DNA of 63,572 nt, the filler included. It is 9 parts of 9 records of this genome, joined end to end, with 100 filler letters (N's around TTAATTAATTAA, not from the genome) between each part and the next. Parts side by side here need not be neighbours in the genome. Positions count along the whole stretch, not along the records: positions 41,015 to 46,646 come from SRR31156797_96665; positions 46,747 to 52,096 come from SRR31156797_96790; positions 52,197 to 57,611 come from SRR31156797_97329; 6 more parts are not named here. One strand, 5' to 3'. Shown here in pieces: positions 41,017 through 54,504 of this stretch (positions are counted from its first letter, which is position 1; the number at the start of each line of letters is the position of its first letter). The notes beneath the pieces are model-generated. The model saw nothing but the letters and a program-made list of their open reading frames with translations. It was not told where the DNA came from and did not search any database. The position numbers and the translations under genes were made by a program.

Positions 41017-42150
41017 CGAACGCTGTACGATTTGGAAATGATTCAGGAAATCGGGTACTGCAACGGTATCGAAAATTATTCCAGACATCTTACAGGCCGG
41101 CTGGCCGGCCAGCCACCGCCGACGTTGTTGGATTACTTCCCGAAAGATTTTCTAGTTTTTGTTGATGAAAGCCACATTGCCGTGCCTCAGATCAGGGCCA
41201 TGTACAAGGGAGACAGATCCCGTAAAACCACATTGGTGAATTACGGATTTAGATTACCATCGGCGCTTGACAACCGTCCGCTTCAATTTTCCGAATGGTG
41301 CGAGCGAATCCATCAAATCGTTTATGTCTCCGCGACACCGGCGGACTATGAGCTGACCTCCGCCAAAAAAGATGTGGTGGAACAGATCGTTCGACCCACA
41401 GGGTTGATCGATCCGGTGATCCACGTCCGTAAAGCCGGCAACCAGGTGGACGATCTTTATGACGAAATCAGCCAACGGCAGTCATGCGGCGAACGGGTTT
41501 TGGTTACCACGCTCACCAAACGGATGGCGGAAGATCTTACCGAATATTACTCTGATCTGGGATTGGCCGTTCGCTACCTTCATTCCGATATCTCCACAAT
41601 GGATCGAATGGATATCATCCGGGATCTTCGCGAAGGGAGGTTCGATGCGTTGATCGGTATCAATCTGTTGAGAGAAGGATTGGACATTCCCGAGGTTTCC
41701 CTTGTGGCCATTTTGGATGCCGACAAGGAAGGTTTTTTACGCTCCACACGCTCCTTAATTCAAACGTTCGGCCGCGCTGCCAGAAATGTCAATGGGACGG
41801 TAGTGCTCTATGCGGATGTGGTTACAGCTTCCATGCAGCGGGCCATGGACGAGACGAAGCGAAGGAAAGCCATACAGGAAAAACACAACGAGACCCACCA
41901 CATCACACCAACGACCATCAACAAAACCATAACGGATGTTTTCGATTTGGCCTACGCACCGGCACAGACGGATGCAGGCAATATCGCTGAACAACAACGT
42001 TCCTACGATGAGGCGGATGATATTGAATCTTCAATAACTCAATTGGAAATGGAAATGCATGCAGCCGCCAAGGAACTAGCCTTTGAGAAGGCCGCCCGCA
42101 TTCGAGATCGCATAAAGTCGATGCGAAAACGATTGTTGTTTGAATCCTGA
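41017..42150 (+). CDS. uvrB: Excinuclease ABC subunit B, 5'-truncated
   Basis: [46 protein letters not shown]-terminal UVR domain. Confidence 0.97.
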   Translation, partial: RTLYDLEMIQEIGYCNGIENYSRHLTGRLAGQPPPTLLDYFPKDFLVFVDESHIAVPQIRAMYKGDRSRKTTLVNYGFRLPSALDNRPLQFSEWCERIHQIVYVSATPADYELTSAKKDVVEQIVRPTGLIDPVIHVRKAGNQVDDLYDEISQRQSCGERVLVTTLTKRMAEDLTEYYSDLGLAVRYLHSDISTMDRMDIIRDLREGRFDALIGINLLREGLDIPEVSLVAILDADKEGFLRSTRSLIQTFGRAARNVNGTVVLYADVVTASMQRAMDETKRRKAIQEKHNETHHITPTTINKTITDVFDLAYAPAQTDAGNIAEQQRSYDEADDIESSITQLEMEMHAAAKELAFEKAARIRDRIKSMRKRLLFES

Positions 42151-42208
42151 AGCAAAAATCGTCGCCATGGAACGACAGGCCACTTGAAAACCACGGCGAC
42201 CAGGCAGG

Positions 42209-45175
<2,967 letters not shown>

Positions 45176-45206
45176 TTATCGACACCACAATTATACAGGA
45201 TCATGA

Positions 45207-46124
45207 ATGGATATAGGCGTGCAAATCAAAACCCTGTTGAGTGAAGCGGAAATTTACCGCACGCAAGGACTTTATTCCGAAGCAAAGGATAAGTATCAAG
45301 CGGCAGCGTCTACGATCCAAAAGATAGCAAGGATTAAAAATAAGCAGAGTCTGTTGAAGACGATTTCGGGAAAAATCAAATCGATTGAAGAGTCCAAACA
45401 AAAGGTTTTCAGCGGTCCTGCCTCGCCTGAGCTTTCCGAAAAGGGACAAGATCTGATCAAAAACCTTTTCGGCAAGGATGAATTGGAAAAAGCGGTTGCT
45501 TTAATCAAGTTCGGACAGGTGGAACGGGCTGTAGAGGAATTGACACCGCTGTTGGAATTGGATGAATACCGGGTGCCGGCCGGAAAGAACCTTCTACAAT
45601 GCAAACTCCTTATCGAGTCCTCAGACGATGCGATTGATCAGTACAACAAATGGTTGTCCATCGATTTGTTTACTACCGATCAACTCGGGGTGCTTCGAGA
45701 ACATCTGCAGTCCTTGCTGTTAAAAGAAGGCGTTAACGCTGACCTTACGAATCCATTGAAAACCAATGGCGCAACGATAGAAGTCCCAAACAGTGGAGAC
45801 GATGATGCCTCCTCTTTGGACGCTGAAGAGGAGATCCTGGACATCACTTCCATCGGAATCCTGTTTGAGAAAGGTCCGCAAAAGGGAGCGTTGGTGGAAT
45901 TTGATGTTAATTTCCAATCGGGGGACATGTTGAGTCTGATCATTTCCAAAAAGGATGAAAGCTTGATCGAAGATTTAGGCCGTGGTGACGAGCTTAGTGA
46001 CGTTCAATTTTACTCACCGATTGCAATGTTCAATGGAACCGCAGTGGTTGCCAACAAAACCAAAATCGAAACGGGGCCGAAACAGGGCGACTACTGCCTT
46101 GATCTAAAAGTGACGAGCACCTGA
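45207..46124 (+). CDS. Hypothetical protein: TPR-like helical N-terminus, acidic linker, beta-rich C-terminal domain
   Basis: 305-aa ORF; EAEIYRTQGLYSEAKDKY and LIKFGQVERAVEEL resemble TPRs; the C-terminus ends GPKQGDYCLDLKV. Confidence 0.7.
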   Translation: MDIGVQIKTLLSEAEIYRTQGLYSEAKDKYQAAASTIQKIARIKNKQSLLKTISGKIKSIEESKQKVFSGPASPELSEKGQDLIKNLFGKDELEKAVALIKFGQVERAVEELTPLLELDEYRVPAGKNLLQCKLLIESSDDAIDQYNKWLSIDLFTTDQLGVLREHLQSLLLKEGVNADLTNPLKTNGATIEVPNSGDDDASSLDAEEEILDITSIGILFEKGPQKGALVEFDVNFQSGDMLSLIISKKDESLIEDLGRGDELSDVQFYSPIAMFNGTAVVANKTKIETGPKQGDYCLDLKVTST

Positions 46125-46197
46125 TCTTTGCTGCAGTGAAAAACGCGATGACAAGGCGCTTATATGTTCATCAATTAAGTTGGTAAGGATATTCTTT

Positions 46198-46646
46198 ATG
46201 GCCATTTTCAACCTGAAAAAGAAGGAAATCGAGTGCAAAGTCGTATACTACGGTCCCGGTCGGTGCGGCAAGACAACAAATCTTGAATATATTTTCAAAT
46301 CTTTTAAAAAACAAGTGACCGGGGAGATGGTTTCCATCAACACAGAAGGAGACCGAACGCTATTTTTTGACTTTCTTCCCATGGGTTTGGGAAAAATAAA
46401 GGGTTGCGATGTGCGCGTGCAACTCTACACCGTTCCTGGACAGGTGAAATACAGTTCTACACGGAAACTGGTTCTTCGTGGTGTTGATGGGATTATTTTT
46501 GTTGCTGATTCCCTGGAGGTTCGGCGGCAAAAAAATATGATATCGCTGAAGGATCTCCAAACCAATCTCAGGGAATACGGCAAAAGCATTTTTAAAGTTC
46601 CTCTTATCCTTCAGTATAACAAGAGGGATTTAGGTGATGAAGGCAT
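46198..46646 (+). CDS. mglA: MglA-family small GTPase, 3'-truncated
   Basis: KVVYYGPGRCGKTTNL, DRTLFFDF, LYTVPGQ, QYNKRD. Confidence 0.92.
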
Positions 46647-46746
46647 NNNNNNNNNNNNNNNNNNNNNNNNNNNNNNNNNNNNNNNNNNNNTTAATTAATT
46701 AANNNNNNNNNNNNNNNNNNNNNNNNNNNNNNNNNNNNNNNNNNNN
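46647..46746. other. Artificial contig spacer
   Basis: N44-TTAATTAATTAA-N44. Confidence 0.99.
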
Positions 46747-46768
46747 TCAAATCTTGTTAAATAATGGT

Positions 46769-46776
46769 TACTTTTG
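46769..46776 (+). promoter_or_regulatory. Bacteroidota -7 promoter element (TAnnTTTG) upstream of korA
   Basis: TACTTTTG matches the consensus; a short motif, so a chance match is possible. Confidence 0.45.
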
Positions 46777-46949
46777 TTCGGCTTTTTGCAAATCAACCAT
46801 AACGGAAACCGGTTCTGAAATTATGATTTATTAGTTTTGGAGTCGTTTTTTTTATGATTTAGACAGACTTGAAAGTAAATAGCGAATAAATGAAACTTCT
46901 GTGATTTTCTGAGGCATATTATTTATTCAAAAACCAAATTTTTTTACAG

Positions 46950-48791
46950 ATGAAAGAAACAAAAGTAATCGAGCTCGAAGAAATCGCCATTAGGTTTTCA
47001 GGTGATTCCGGAGATGGTATGCAGCTAACCGGAACTTTATTTTCGGATGCATCAGCGCTGCTCGGGAATGATATTTCTACATTTCCGGATTATCCATCAG
47101 AGATTAGGGCTCCACAGGGAACAGTTGGAGGAGTATCTGGTTTTCAGGTACAGTTCGGAAGAAAACAAATTAATACACCCGGAGATAATGCACATATTCT
47201 GGTTGCGATGAATCCTGCGGCAATTAAGGCTAATGCACGTTTTATGGAACCAGGTGGAACAATCATTTACGATTCGGATGCCTTTAATGAAAAGAACTTA
47301 ACAAAGGCTAAATTTAAAACCGATGATCCTTTTAAAGAGTGCAATCTTGAGGACTTCTTTAAAATTCCGGTGCCGATTTCGAGCTTAACAAAAGAAGGAC
47401 TAAAAGAGTTTGGTTTAGATAACAAAAGTGTACTACGAAGCAAAAATATGTTTGCTTTGGGTTTGGTATGCTGGATGTTCAATCGTCCATTGGAATATGT
47501 TGAGGAGTTTATCAAAAACAAATTTAGGAAAAAGCCAGTTGTTGTTGAATCCAATATTAAAGTTTTGCACGATGGTTATAACTACGGTTTAACCATGCAA
47601 CATATGTCTCCAAGTTATCTGATTCACCCGGCTGAGATTGAAAATGGTACTTACCGTAATATTAACGGAAACCATGCTACAGCGTGGGGATTTCTTGCTG
47701 CTGCAGAAAAAGCAGGATTGGAGCTTTTCCTGGGATCTTATCCTATTACTCCTGCAACCGACATTCTTTCTGCTCTATCGGAAAGAAAAGATCTTGGTGT
47801 AAAAACATTTCAGGCGGAAGATGAAATTGCCGGTATTTGTTCGGCAATTGGTGCTGCATTTGCTGGTGATCTGGCTATTACCAACACTTCAGGACCAGGG
47901 TTGGCATTAAAAGGTGAAGCTATTGGTTTGGCAGTAATGGCTGAACTACCATTGGTAATTGTAAATGTTCAGCGTGGCGGACCCTCAACAGGTCTTCCAA
48001 CAAAAACAGAGCAGTCGGACCTGATGCAGGCTTTGTACGGACGTAACGGTGAAAGTCCGGTTGTTGTTATGGCCGCCAGTACTCCATCTGATTGTTTCCA
48101 TTATGCATACATGGCTTCAAAAATTGCTTTGGAGCGAATGGTTCCGGTTATTTTATTAACCGATGGATTCCTGGGTAACGGTAGCGAGCCCTGGAAGATT
48201 CCTAACATGGCCGAACTACCTTCAATTACACCACGAATTGCAAAGGATGCTGAAGGATTTAACGCATACAAACGCGATCCGGAAATTCTGGCACGTGAAT
48301 GGGCATTACCTGGGATGGCCGGTTATGAACACCGAATTGGAGGACTAGAGAAAAATATTACCGGAACTGTGAGTCACGATCCTGAAAACCACCAGGTAAA
48401 TTGTGAGATTCGTGAGGAAAAAGTTCAACGTGTGGTTGATATGGTTCCTGATTTGGAAGTTTGTGGAGACGAAGAAGGAGGTGACGTTTTGGTGGTTAGT
48501 TGGGGGGGAACCTACGGACACACTGCAAGCACTGTGCGCGAATTGCGATTAGCCGGTAAAAATGTGAGTTTGGCACACTTTAATTACATAAAACCACTTC
48601 CAGCTAATACCAAAGATGTATTCAGCAAGTTCAAAAAAATTATTATTTGCGAACTTAACCTTGGTCAGTTTGCATCGTACCTGCGTAACCAAATGCCTGA
48701 GTTTACTTATCACCAGGCCAACAAAGTAAAAGGTTTACCATTTACTGTAAGCGAATTAAAAGAAAGTATCACTAAACTTTTGGAGGACTAA
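46950..48791 (+). CDS. korA: 2-oxoacid:ferredoxin oxidoreductase alpha subunit
   Basis: FSGDSGDGMQLTG, SYPITPA, QAEDEIAG, TSGPG, QRGGPSTGLPTK. Confidence 0.92.
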   Translation: MKETKVIELEEIAIRFSGDSGDGMQLTGTLFSDASALLGNDISTFPDYPSEIRAPQGTVGGVSGFQVQFGRKQINTPGDNAHILVAMNPAAIKANARFMEPGGTIIYDSDAFNEKNLTKAKFKTDDPFKECNLEDFFKIPVPISSLTKEGLKEFGLDNKSVLRSKNMFALGLVCWMFNRPLEYVEEFIKNKFRKKPVVVESNIKVLHDGYNYGLTMQHMSPSYLIHPAEIENGTYRNINGNHATAWGFLAAAEKAGLELFLGSYPITPATDILSALSERKDLGVKTFQAEDEIAGICSAIGAAFAGDLAITNTSGPGLALKGEAIGLAVMAELPLVIVNVQRGGPSTGLPTKTEQSDLMQALYGRNGESPVVVMAASTPSDCFHYAYMASKIALERMVPVILLTDGFLGNGSEPWKIPNMAELPSITPRIAKDAEGFNAYKRDPEILAREWALPGMAGYEHRIGGLEKNITGTVSHDPENHQVNCEIREEKVQRVVDMVPDLEVCGDEEGGDVLVVSWGGTYGHTASTVRELRLAGKNVSLAHFNYIKPLPANTKDVFSKFKKIIICELNLGQFASYLRNQMPEFTYHQANKVKGLPFTVSELKESITKLLED

Positions 48792-48794
48792 GCA

Positions 48795-49838
48795 ATGACT
48801 GATGTAAAATATACTGTAAAAGATTTTAAAAGCGAGAACGAAGTTCGTTGGTGTGCTGGTTGTGGCGACTTTGCTATAATGAATGCGGTACAACGAACGA
48901 TGGCTGATATGGGAATTCCAAAAGAGAAATTTGCCGTAATTTCAGGTATCGGTTGTTCATCACGTTTTCCATATTATATGAATACTTTTGGCTTTCATAC
49001 CATTCATGGTCGTGCAACTGCCATTGCATCAGGTGTAAAAGCTGCTAATCCTGAACTTAGTGTTTGGGTTACAACAGGTGATGGCGATGCTATGGCGATC
49101 GGTGGTAACCACTTTATTCACCTGATTCGTAGAAATATCGATATCAATGTAATTCTGTTCAATAACCGTATTTACGGTTTAACAAAGGGACAGTATTCTC
49201 CAACTTCCGATCGCGGTTTTGTTAGTAAAACTTCTCCATTCGGAACTGTTGAGGATCCTTTTGTTCCCGGACAACTTGTTGTTGGGGCACGTGGTTCTTT
49301 TTATGCACGATCTGTTGATGGTAACCTTAAATTAAGCCAGGCTATTTTTGCCGAAGCCGCTAAACACAAAGGAACCTCGGTAGTTGAAGTATTGCAGAAT
49401 TGTGTGATTTTCAACAACGGTATTCACAATGCCATAACTGATCCAAATCATCGTGCTGATCGCCAATTAATATTGGAACATGGAAAACCAATGTTGTTTG
49501 GTGCCGAAAAGGACAAAGGTTTGGTATTTAACAATGGCAAACTAAAGGTGGCTAAACTGGGGGAGAATGGTGTAACCGAAGCAGATATTTTGGTTCACGA
49601 TGCCATGGAAGTTGACCCAACTTTACACCTGGCTTTGATTAACATGCAACTACCCGATATGCCGGTGGCGTTAGGAGTAATTCGTGCGGTTCCAGCTCCT
49701 GTGTACGACATAGAAATGGAAGCACAGATTAAACATGTTCAAGCGAATAGAAAAGTGACGTGTGTTGATGAATTGCTTAATTCAGGAAATACATGGGAAG
49801 TTACCGGGAATGGTAATGGTTCGCCGAAAAAATGCTAA
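48795..49838 (+). CDS. korB: 2-oxoacid:ferredoxin oxidoreductase beta subunit
   Basis: WCAGCGD, GIGCSSR, HGRA, GDGD TPP motif, YGLTKGQYSPT. Confidence 0.92.
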   Translation: MTDVKYTVKDFKSENEVRWCAGCGDFAIMNAVQRTMADMGIPKEKFAVISGIGCSSRFPYYMNTFGFHTIHGRATAIASGVKAANPELSVWVTTGDGDAMAIGGNHFIHLIRRNIDINVILFNNRIYGLTKGQYSPTSDRGFVSKTSPFGTVEDPFVPGQLVVGARGSFYARSVDGNLKLSQAIFAEAAKHKGTSVVEVLQNCVIFNNGIHNAITDPNHRADRQLILEHGKPMLFGAEKDKGLVFNNGKLKVAKLGENGVTEADILVHDAMEVDPTLHLALINMQLPDMPVALGVIRAVPAPVYDIEMEAQIKHVQANRKVTCVDELLNSGNTWEVTGNGNGSPKKC

Positions 49839-49859
49839 TAATATTCGATGGATATAATA

Positions 49860-49892
49860 GAAAGGCTCTGCAATTATGCAGGGCCTTTTTTT
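49860..49892 (+). terminator. Rho-independent terminator after korB
   Basis: AAAGGCTCTGCA-ATTA-TGCAGGGCCTTT followed by more T. Confidence 0.85.
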
Positions 49893-50053
49893 GATGTATA
49901 GCCCATAAGTTAGTATACATTTCAGAAAAAATCCACCTACATTTAGGTATTTTGTCTGATTTCTGAATCATTATAAATAGAATACTTTGGTAGAATGCCG
50001 AAAGATTCTGCTTGATTTATTTATTATCTTTCGGTGCCTAAAAACGAGTTTAA

Positions 50054-51517
50054 ATGAGCCTAAGGTTTTTACTTCTTTTTTTTCCTTTCTTTCTATTGTT
50101 TTCGGCCTGTAGTCAGAAACCATCCGGAGTAATCGGTTCAATAGGTAGATTTCCCCACGTATCGCCCGATTATAAGCAGCTTACGATACCCGAAAATATA
50201 GCACCACTTAACTTTAAAATAGAAGAAGATGGTGATGCTTTTTTTGTGAAAATATATACAGATGAACAACATACGATTGAGATTGCCTCGGGAATTTCTT
50301 TGATACAAATCCCTTTAAAAAAGTGGAACGAATTATTGACAAAAAGCGAATTCAAAAAATTATATTACGATGTTTTTATAAAACAGGATGGTCAATGGAA
50401 ACAGTTTATGTCTTTTAACAATACTGTTTCGGAGCACCCCATTGATAATTATTTGTACTATCGTTTGTTGTATCCGGGGTACGAACGATGGTCTGAGATT
50501 AGCATTGTGAAGCGAAACCTGGAAAATTTTAGTGAAAAAGTGGTGATCGATAATAATGTGGTTGACCAGAATTGTGTGAACTGCCATGCTTTTAATCCGC
50601 AAAATACATCAAACTTTATGTTTCACATGAGGGGCAGCATGGGGGGAACTTATTTTGTAAATGATGGAAAACTCGAAAAGTTTAGGTTGAAAACCAAGGA
50701 AATGGCCAATGGTGCAGTATATCCACGTTGGCATCCTTCGGGCAACTATGTTGCTTTTTCTTCTAACAAGGTGCGGCAAACTTTTCATTCGTCCAATAAG
50801 AAGAAGATAGAGGTAACCGATTTAAACTCTTCCTTGTTACTATACGATCTGAAAAAAAATGAAATTCTTGATGTAAAAATACCCGACAAACAGGTTATGG
50901 ATACCTATCCGGAATGGTCGCCTGATGGAAAGTCTCTTTATTTTTGTCGTTTTGTAAATACAAAAGATACTGATGTTTATAATCAGATAAAATACGATTT
51001 ATATCGTTATTCCTTTGATGCGAAAAGCAGGAAGTTTGGTGATGCAGAGTTGGTGTTTGAAGCATCTGCCGAAAGTAAATCAGTATCGTTTCCAAGGATG
51101 TCGCCAAATGGAAAGTTCCTGGTTTTTACCAGTCATAATTATGGTTGTTTTCCAGTTTGGCACAAGGAAGCAGATTTATATTTGTTAAATACTGAAACGC
51201 AGGAAGTTGAAAAAATGAACGGCAATAGCAATTGTGCCGAAAGTTATCATTCGTGGGCTGCTAATGGCAGATGGATGGTATTTAGCAGTAAACGGGGCGA
51301 TGGTTTGTCTGCACGGCCATATATTACTTTCGTTAATGAAAGTGGTCAGGCTTCAAAACCTTTTGTGTTGCCGCAAAAAGATCCGGAGTTTTACAGCAAC
51401 TTTTTAAAAACCTTTAATATCCCTGAGTTATCCAATGCTGATATTTGTCTTTCGCCGGGAGAGATAAAAAGTGAAGCATCAAAAAAAGGTATTCAGGCAA
51501 CGTGGTCAAAAAATTAA
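50054..51517 (+). CDS. TolB-like/PD40 beta-propeller lipoprotein with a CxxCH motif
   Basis: LFSAC lipobox; CVNCH; repeats YPRWHPSG, YPEWSPDG, FPRMSPNG, YHSWAANG. Confidence 0.85.
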   Translation: MSLRFLLLFFPFFLLFSACSQKPSGVIGSIGRFPHVSPDYKQLTIPENIAPLNFKIEEDGDAFFVKIYTDEQHTIEIASGISLIQIPLKKWNELLTKSEFKKLYYDVFIKQDGQWKQFMSFNNTVSEHPIDNYLYYRLLYPGYERWSEISIVKRNLENFSEKVVIDNNVVDQNCVNCHAFNPQNTSNFMFHMRGSMGGTYFVNDGKLEKFRLKTKEMANGAVYPRWHPSGNYVAFSSNKVRQTFHSSNKKKIEVTDLNSSLLLYDLKKNEILDVKIPDKQVMDTYPEWSPDGKSLYFCRFVNTKDTDVYNQIKYDLYRYSFDAKSRKFGDAELVFEASAESKSVSFPRMSPNGKFLVFTSHNYGCFPVWHKEADLYLLNTETQEVEKMNGNSNCAESYHSWAANGRWMVFSSKRGDGLSARPYITFVNESGQASKPFVLPQKDPEFYSNFLKTFNIPELSNADICLSPGEIKSEASKKGIQATWSKN

Positions 51518-51520
51518 AGT

Positions 51521-52096
51521 ATGTCGAATTCAGCAAAGCTCCATAAGTTTGTTTCTTTATTCTCGTATTTGATTTTTTGGGGAATTGCTTTTGGCTATTT
51601 CTGGTTTTTTGCCAACCATGTGTTTTTTGTTCAGGAACAGGAAAGTTTGTTTTTAACCACATCAGAATATTTTCAACAACATTTACTTAAACCCGGAGGT
51701 TTGTTGGTATTTTCTACTCAGTTGCTGAAGTCTTTTTACTACTTTCCTATTGCCGGAGCTTTAATTCTGGCTTCTGTGTTGTTACTGATTGTTGTTTTTA
51801 GTTCGGGAATTGGAAAAATAATTAGTGGTAAACCTGTATACTTTATTCCTTTTGTAATTGGAAGTGTCTTACTTTGGTTACAAACTGCTTACAGCTTTCA
51901 ATTGGTGAACCTTACCGGAGTTTTAGTTCAGCTCGTTTTGTTTTATATTTTACTGAACTACTTTCGCACTAAATCTGGTTGGGTAACTGTACTTCTTTTT
52001 CCCATCTGGTATTTTGTTACCGGAGCCTTTTCATTTCTCTTCTTTGCATTTATTCCGGTACTGTTACGAAGAGAGGAAAAACACTGGCTGAAATAC
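51521..52096 (+). CDS. DUF6057-like membrane protein, 3'-truncated
   Basis: QEQESLFL..EYF...KPGG....QL..F.Y pattern; several TMs; 3 nt after the PD40 gene. Confidence 0.65.
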
Positions 52097-52196
52097 NNNN
52101 NNNNNNNNNNNNNNNNNNNNNNNNNNNNNNNNNNNNNNNNTTAATTAATTAANNNNNNNNNNNNNNNNNNNNNNNNNNNNNNNNNNNNNNNNNNNN
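52097..52196. other. Artificial contig spacer
   Basis: N44-TTAATTAATTAA-N44. Confidence 0.99.
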
Positions 52197-52216
52197 GGAT
52201 TCCTGTACAGGAATCC
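52197..52216. terminator. 20-bp palindrome at contig start, probable terminator stem of the TonB operon
   Basis: GGATTCCTGTACAGGAATCC, ~50 nt past the last minus-strand stop; the tail is cut off by the contig edge. Confidence 0.45.
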
Positions 52217-52267
52217 GGCATTCAGTCGTGGGTCGTTTACCCTTGATGGGGAATATTCGGGCTTGGT

Positions 52268-53431
52268 CTATTCTGTGCTTTCTATTTGAGCCGTCTCTAT
52301 ATCAATCAGAACCTCTAGATAGCCGGAGGCGCGTTTTTTGAAATTGCCGTCTGTGATTTTATTCAGTTCCTGCTTTGCTTTTGGCCAGTCTTTTAATTCC
52401 CATGCGCAAAGAGCCATATAGAATCTGGCTTCGCCTGTATTCTTTGTTTCCAGTGCGGCTTTGAAAGCTTCGCGAGCACCATTGAACCGTCTGGATTTAA
52501 AGAGGAGCAAGCCTTTCTTTAAGCTGGTTGATTTGTTTTTAGAGTAACGGTCCATGTAACTTACCGCTTTGTCTATTCTACCGGCAGATGCATAAAGCGT
52601 AGCAATTTTAAGAGCCTGCTCTGTATTGACTGTAGTTCCGTAGGCTCGCTCAAGTGTTGCTGCAGCTAACAGCGGCGCTTCTTTGTATCTGTATATGGAG
52701 GAAAGGTTTTCCAATTCCTGTTGTGAAGGACGCTTTAAGCGATAGGCAATTTCCAGTGCGGCTGCCGTTTTCGCGAGTTGTTCTTTGTCCATATGAAGTT
52801 TGGCAAGAAGCTTCCAGTAAGCGGAGTCTTCAGGAGCTTGATCCAAATATTTCAGTAGCATGGACTTTGCTTTGTCAGGCTGGCTGTTTTCCAGAAGTGC
52901 ATGAACGGCTAAGGATATCCATTCCTTTTTGGGATTTTTTGTCTGGGCTATGAGTTTTTGCAGTACCCTGATTGACTGTTTAAAATTGTCTCCTTTGTAG
53001 TACATTGATCCTGCCTGAAACAATGTATTGGGATCACCGGGCTCTTGCAGGGCATAGGTCTTTTCCAGAAATCTGCCCGCTTCATTGTAGCGTTCCAGTT
53101 TATACGCAGTGACTGCGGTATTGCGGCAGAGGTGGACGTTCTCCGGGTGGAGAGCGAAGCCTTGTTTGAAAGTGTCATATGCCTGTTTGTCGTTGCCTTC
53201 CTGCAGATACGCTCCGCCAAGTACTAGAAAGACTTGGGCATCGACAGGTTCGGTGGTGGAGTCCATGTATTTCTTTATTACGGCGGCAGCTTCAGCATAT
53301 TTTTCCTCGTCCAATAGCAATTGAGCCTTGTACAGATTCTGACGGGCCTGCGGGGGGAGTTTGGCAAAGCTGATACCGGAAAAATAGAATATTGCCAGCA
53401 ATGTAATTGTAAAAATAGATATGCTTTTCAT
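52268..53431 (-). CDS. Exported TPR protein (TtpD-like)
   Basis: Signal peptide; repeated TPR-like helices; overlaps the tonB stop (ATGA). Confidence 0.85.
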   Translation of the reverse strand: MKSISIFTITLLAIFYFSGISFAKLPPQARQNLYKAQLLLDEEKYAEAAAVIKKYMDSTTEPVDAQVFLVLGGAYLQEGNDKQAYDTFKQGFALHPENVHLCRNTAVTAYKLERYNEAGRFLEKTYALQEPGDPNTLFQAGSMYYKGDNFKQSIRVLQKLIAQTKNPKKEWISLAVHALLENSQPDKAKSMLLKYLDQAPEDSAYWKLLAKLHMDKEQLAKTAAALEIAYRLKRPSQQELENLSSIYRYKEAPLLAAATLERAYGTTVNTEQALKIATLYASAGRIDKAVSYMDRYSKNKSTSLKKGLLLFKSRRFNGAREAFKAALETKNTGEARFYMALCAWELKDWPKAKQELNKITDGNFKKRASGYLEVLIDIETAQIESTE

Positions 53432-54090
53432 CGTGTTAGCTCGAATTTGAATGGAAGAAGGACCCATGTGTCCACATCTTCTCCATGATATTTTCCGGGT
53501 CTGAATCTCCACCGCCTTGCCGCCTTGAGAGCTGCTTGCTCAAAAATACCGGAGGGACTGGCGGAATGGACGGAAAGATTTACTGGATTTCCTTTGCTGG
53601 TAACCAACATGCGCACCACGACCTCTCCTTCAATTCGTTTCCGCTTTGCGCCATACGGATATTCCGGAGGGTAATTTCTCATGATTTGCGGCATTTCATC
53701 CACTTCATTCATTTCAAAACCGACCCCGCCCAATTCCATACGGGGAATGGAAATTCCGCCTTTCAGGCCGGGATGCATGTCGGCCTTGAAATTTGGAGTG
53801 TTAATATCCATTCTGGGCTTAATGTTCCTTGGACGATTGGTTTTGGATGAGAATGTCTTGTGTATTTGTTTTGGTGGGTTGGGATCGTCCAGCTTTTTGC
53901 GTTCAAGCGGTTCCACCGGTTCTTCTTTTTGAGCTTGTGCAATACGGATTGCTCCATCAACGACCGGATTAACGGATATTTTTTCCGCAGTATTGAGTAG
54001 AACAACCCCGATATATACCAGACCCGCGATCATGACCGAGCCAAGGCAGGCTGCAACAAAGTCCCCGGTCCCTCTTGTGCGCTGGAGCAT
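53428..54090 (-). CDS. tonB: Energy transducer TonB
   Basis: N-terminal TM, Pro/Lys linker, PPEYPYGAKRKRIEGEVVV...FEQAALKAARRWRFRPG. Confidence 0.92.
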   Translation of the reverse strand: MLQRTRGTGDFVAACLGSVMIAGLVYIGVVLLNTAEKISVNPVVDGAIRIAQAQKEEPVEPLERKKLDDPNPPKQIHKTFSSKTNRPRNIKPRMDINTPNFKADMHPGLKGGISIPRMELGGVGFEMNEVDEMPQIMRNYPPEYPYGAKRKRIEGEVVVRMLVTSKGNPVNLSVHSASPSGIFEQAALKAARRWRFRPGKYHGEDVDTWVLLPFKFELTR

Positions 54091-54500
54091 TATTTTTTCC
54101 TCGCCGCGAGACTGATGTTTTGCACTCCGGCAAGGCGGCATTGATCAAGAACCTGCACCGCAGCTCCGGTCATGCTGTCTTTGTCCGCGACAATTACAAC
54201 TGCTCCTTCAGGCGTTTCAGCAAGAAAACGTTCCATATAAGCTCGAACCGAGCGGATATCTAACGGTCTTCCTTCAATGAAAATTTGCCCCTCTGCAGTA
54301 AGCCCCAAAATGACATTGGCCTTTTCCTTGGTTTCCGCGCTTTGGGCAGAAGGGCGCTGCACATCAACTCCCGCCTCGCGTACGAAACTGGTGGTGACAA
54401 TGAAGAAGATGAGTAAAATGAAAACCATATCAATGAGGGGAGTCATATTTATTTCACTGCCTCCACCTCGCCTTGTGCGTGAATGACGGATACTTCTCAT
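54090..54500 (-). CDS. exbD: ExbD
   Basis: INMTPLIDMVFILLIFFIVTTSF; VVIVAD...VLDQCRLAG. Confidence 0.94.
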   Translation of the reverse strand: MRSIRHSRTRRGGGSEINMTPLIDMVFILLIFFIVTTSFVREAGVDVQRPSAQSAETKEKANVILGLTAEGQIFIEGRPLDIRSVRAYMERFLAETPEGAVVIVADKDSMTGAAVQVLDQCRLAGVQNISLAARKK

Positions 54501-54504
54501 CTGG

